From Macrostomum lignano (lineage: Eukaryota), in NCBI GenBank assembly GCA_002269645.1, contig NIVC01000217.1, positions 1 to 64,000 on the forward strand: a stretch of DNA of 64,000 nt, given 5' to 3'. The position numbers were made by a program, and so were the translations under genes. Below are positions 62,793-64,000 of the stretch, piece by piece (position 1 is the first letter of the stretch; each line of letters begins with the position of its first letter). Below the pieces are notes generated by a model, which saw only the letters and a list, made by a program, of their open reading frames with translations, had not been told where the DNA came from and did not search any database.

Positions 62793-62873
62793 ATTAATGT
62801 GACTGCACTTGGAATCGAGCCTGGGTCACTGGCACACCAGAGCAGCTGCGCTACCGCTGGGCTACGGCCCCCC
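62793..62873 (-). mobile_element. Head-only fragment of the tRNA-derived SINE
   Basis: Reverse complement of ~59532-59612, with a better B box (GGCTCGATTCC). Confidence 0.85.
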
Positions 62874-64000
62874 TTGATGCTACTGACGTGTTAGAAAGAC
62901 ATGGTAGTGTCTATGGAAAAAAGCAGAAATGCTCATAAAGCTAATCTGAGCTTTTGCACAAGTGCAGATAATTCGTACCAAGCGCTTGCTTTCAACTTGA
63001 AATTTTTTTGCGAAAATGAGTTCTCTTCAAAGCCTTGAAAGTCAGCGAAGTCAAGTTTTTGCCCTTTGGTCAGTAGGATGGAGTGGAGCCAAGATTTCTG
63101 ACCACTTATTCTCAATCCACGGTGAGAACAGCCTGAAAAAACTGCAATTTACGGATGGATCGAACGCTTTAGAGATGGCCAGTCTGCTGTGAATGAATTC
63201 AAAATGAAAAAATCCAAAAATGGAGATGAAAAAATTATTGCCATAGATTGTTAAGGTTGTGTAACACTACCCCTGACCTTTGCGCAAGTTTCTTGCTGTA
63301 GCTCTTGAATAAAAAAGATATCAACATGATTTTAACTTTGTATTCTTTGTGACAAAATTTCCTTTCATTTGACACCATGGGCGTGAAATTTCATGGCTCT
63401 GTTGAAGAGTTACGTTAGACATTCCGGGAACTTTTGGGACACCCCTTGTATATTGTTATAATAACCATTATGCCTTATAGTTCCAAGTATACACCATGCA
63501 TGCAATTTTTTTTTGCTTTGTATAGTCTAAAGCTTAGAGAAGTTCTAAAAATTCCTAAAATAGTATCAGTTTTGCATACACAAAGACAAAGTATAAAAAT
63601 GTGTTTATAGCTGAAATTGGGCTGTAAAATTGCAGGAGGACCTTTAAAGGGAAATTGTTTTTGAAATTAAAAAATTAGCTACTAAGCTGTCAATACTAAG
63701 ATTCAAGTCAAGCATTGCTTGATTTTTTATTTTGGATTATTACTCTCTAGATAGCTAGACAACTAGTAGCCTCAAGTTGTTGTGCCACCAATAGAGGTAT
63801 AGCTAGTTTTAGTGTAGTGATTGACTATACCAAACAATTTTGCTGCCAATACATATTAAACTATTAATTTGTTAACTTGTTTTATATGTTTGGACTTTGA
63901 AAATAGAAAGGAATCAAAGTCAAGCAAAAAAGATAATTTAACAAACAATTCTATAGGATAGTGTACAAATGTTACGTGGTTTTATTCTGATTTGTTGCAA

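Overview
Eukaryotic (metazoan) genomic DNA with GC-rich exons, AT-rich spacers and introns stuffed with minisatellites. The style resembles a flatworm such as Macrostomum, but that is inference only. Four protein-coding genes can be supported. (1) The 3' exons of MED23 (+, about 590-8085), with several frameshifts in the upstream exons. (2) A complete 2-exon TENT5/FAM46 non-canonical poly(A) polymerase (-, 21418-27086, 588 aa). (3) A 4-exon C14orf93/DUF4616-like protein (+, 41875-50744, 404 aa). (4) A 2-exon secreted purple acid phosphatase, ACP7/PAPL-like (+, 53952-56156, 451 aa). A possible further gene fragment encodes a C-terminal hydrophobic anchor (15110-16534). Mobile DNA includes a full-length Mag-clade Ty3/Gypsy LTR retrotransposon (1922-6213, TSD GTAGC) in a MED23 intron, a hAT MITE, four copies of a tRNA-derived SINE, a 304-bp retroposon with an 8-bp TSD, and ultra-short palindromic DNA elements (43, 49 and 69 bp) that still carry TSDs. 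Roughly 40% of the window (rough estimate) is tandem repeat, including 5.3-kb and 6.9-kb arrays. All very long ORFs in the ORF track that lie over these arrays are artefacts. I found no CRISPR array, rRNA or intact tRNA. I saw no clearly new multi-gene system; the most novel-looking items are the micro-transposon family, the C14orf93-like gene and the SINE family.
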